A DNA stretch of 64,000 nt from Heterodontus francisci (Eukaryota), in assembly GCF_036365525.1 (NCBI RefSeq), contig NW_027141363.1:434001-498000 (forward strand), in the 5' to 3' direction. The notes beneath the pieces were generated by a model. The model had not been told where the DNA came from, searched no databases, and worked only from the letters and a program-made list of their open reading frames with translations. This document shows, piece by piece, positions 63,209 through 64,000 of this stretch. Both the position numbers and the translations under genes were made by a program. Every line of letters starts with the position of its first letter. Position 1 is the first letter of the stretch.

Positions 63209-63661
63209 AGGACTCCAGGCACAGAAATACACGGCCGAGTGATTCTCCCGCAGGCTGGAGGACTCCAGGTTGAACTGGGAGTCAGTCGGCCTCTCGGCGG
63301 TGAAACCGCCCACCATCCCCTCTGGATCCACACAGTTAGCAGTACTGGAGTAAAACATCAACAGCGGCTCCTTCCCCGGGTATTGTCTGTACCAGTACAT
63401 TCCAGCAGTACTGGTGCCCTCCACTGTGCACCTCAGTTCCACTGCCTCTCCACGCAATCTGGAGACAGCGGCGGGAGTCTGGTGGATAGTCTGTGAGTTC
63501 ACATCTGGGAGGGAGATGGAGAGAAGAGCAGATCAGTAAACAGGAAACTTCTGGGAATGAAAGGGAGACAGGGAGAAGAGAGGAAAGTTATTAACGATAG
63601 TTTTTGTATTTCACACTCACTTACAATGAAACAGGATTATCAGACCCAGTAACTGATACAT
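63209..63661 (-). CDS. TRBV: TCR beta-type V segment V8 (TRBV30-like); open frame but mutated RSS; leader 63661-63625, V exon 63504-63209
   Basis: Leader MYQLLGLIILFH. V exon differs from V1 at 6 residues and ends YFCAWSP. Confidence 0.88.
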
Positions 63662-64000
63662 CTTTCACTATAACCTGTTCTCTTAATAGACACAGGAGTG
63701 AGATCAGGAGCTTCGAGTCTTGTAACGGTCCAAATCCACTCTTTTCAAATCATTGGGAGGAACATGAAGAGCATTAGGATGTGATACAATGTTGGAGACG
63801 CCCATTCACCCAGTTCAACAAATCAGAATTGAATTGGCTGCCATTCTGCTTCTCTCTCTCTCTCTCTATCTATCTCTATCTCAGTTTACCTTCCGCTCTC
63901 TTGCACTCTCTCTCTGTCTCTCTCTCTCTCTCCCCTCATGTGTCTAGGTTTATGTCTCCCACTCTCTTCCTTTCTCAGGCTCTCTCTCCCATTCTATCTC

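Larger units (their letters stand above)
61635..64000. repeat. Segmental duplicate of about 36610-39320 (Penelope fragment, N tract, V gene, upstream region)
   Basis: Near-identical sequence over the whole block, continuing to the window end. Confidence 0.92.

Noticed and set aside
38543-63661. Assignment of the V segments as IgH, IgNAR or NAR-TCR
   Set aside because: No closely linked D/J segments after each V as in shark Ig clusters or NAR-TCR V-D-J blocks, and no octamer seen in the promoters. WYRQ and CAW/CAA ends fit TCR-beta better. Alpha/delta identity for individual segments (e.g. V5/V6) is not fully excluded.

Overview
Vertebrate genomic DNA, most likely from a cartilaginous fish (shark). 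That assignment is inferred from the CR1 LINEs, V-SINE/Deu-SINE-type elements and a shark-style GPR139/142-like receptor. Positions 1-36 kb are mostly repeats: CR1 fragments, a ~9.7 kb purine-rich satellite and several minisatellites. They also hold one intact two-exon class A GPCR gene (minus strand, 324 aa). Positions 38.5-63.7 kb hold a cluster of T-cell receptor variable segments, most similar to TCR-beta V. All are on the minus strand. Eight have a leader exon, a V exon and a heptamer-23 bp-nonamer RSS: six look functional, one carries a nonsense codon and one has a mutated heptamer. A ninth is a 5'-truncated remnant that keeps its RSS. I found no D, J or C segments by eye. The most notable unexplained structure is a set of CTCF-consensus motifs 3' of the V RSSs, including a five-unit tandem array beside one RSS. 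They share one orientation and converge on a strong CTCF motif just 3' of the GPCR gene. Two retroposon insertions are flanked by unusually long direct duplications (134 and 69 bp).
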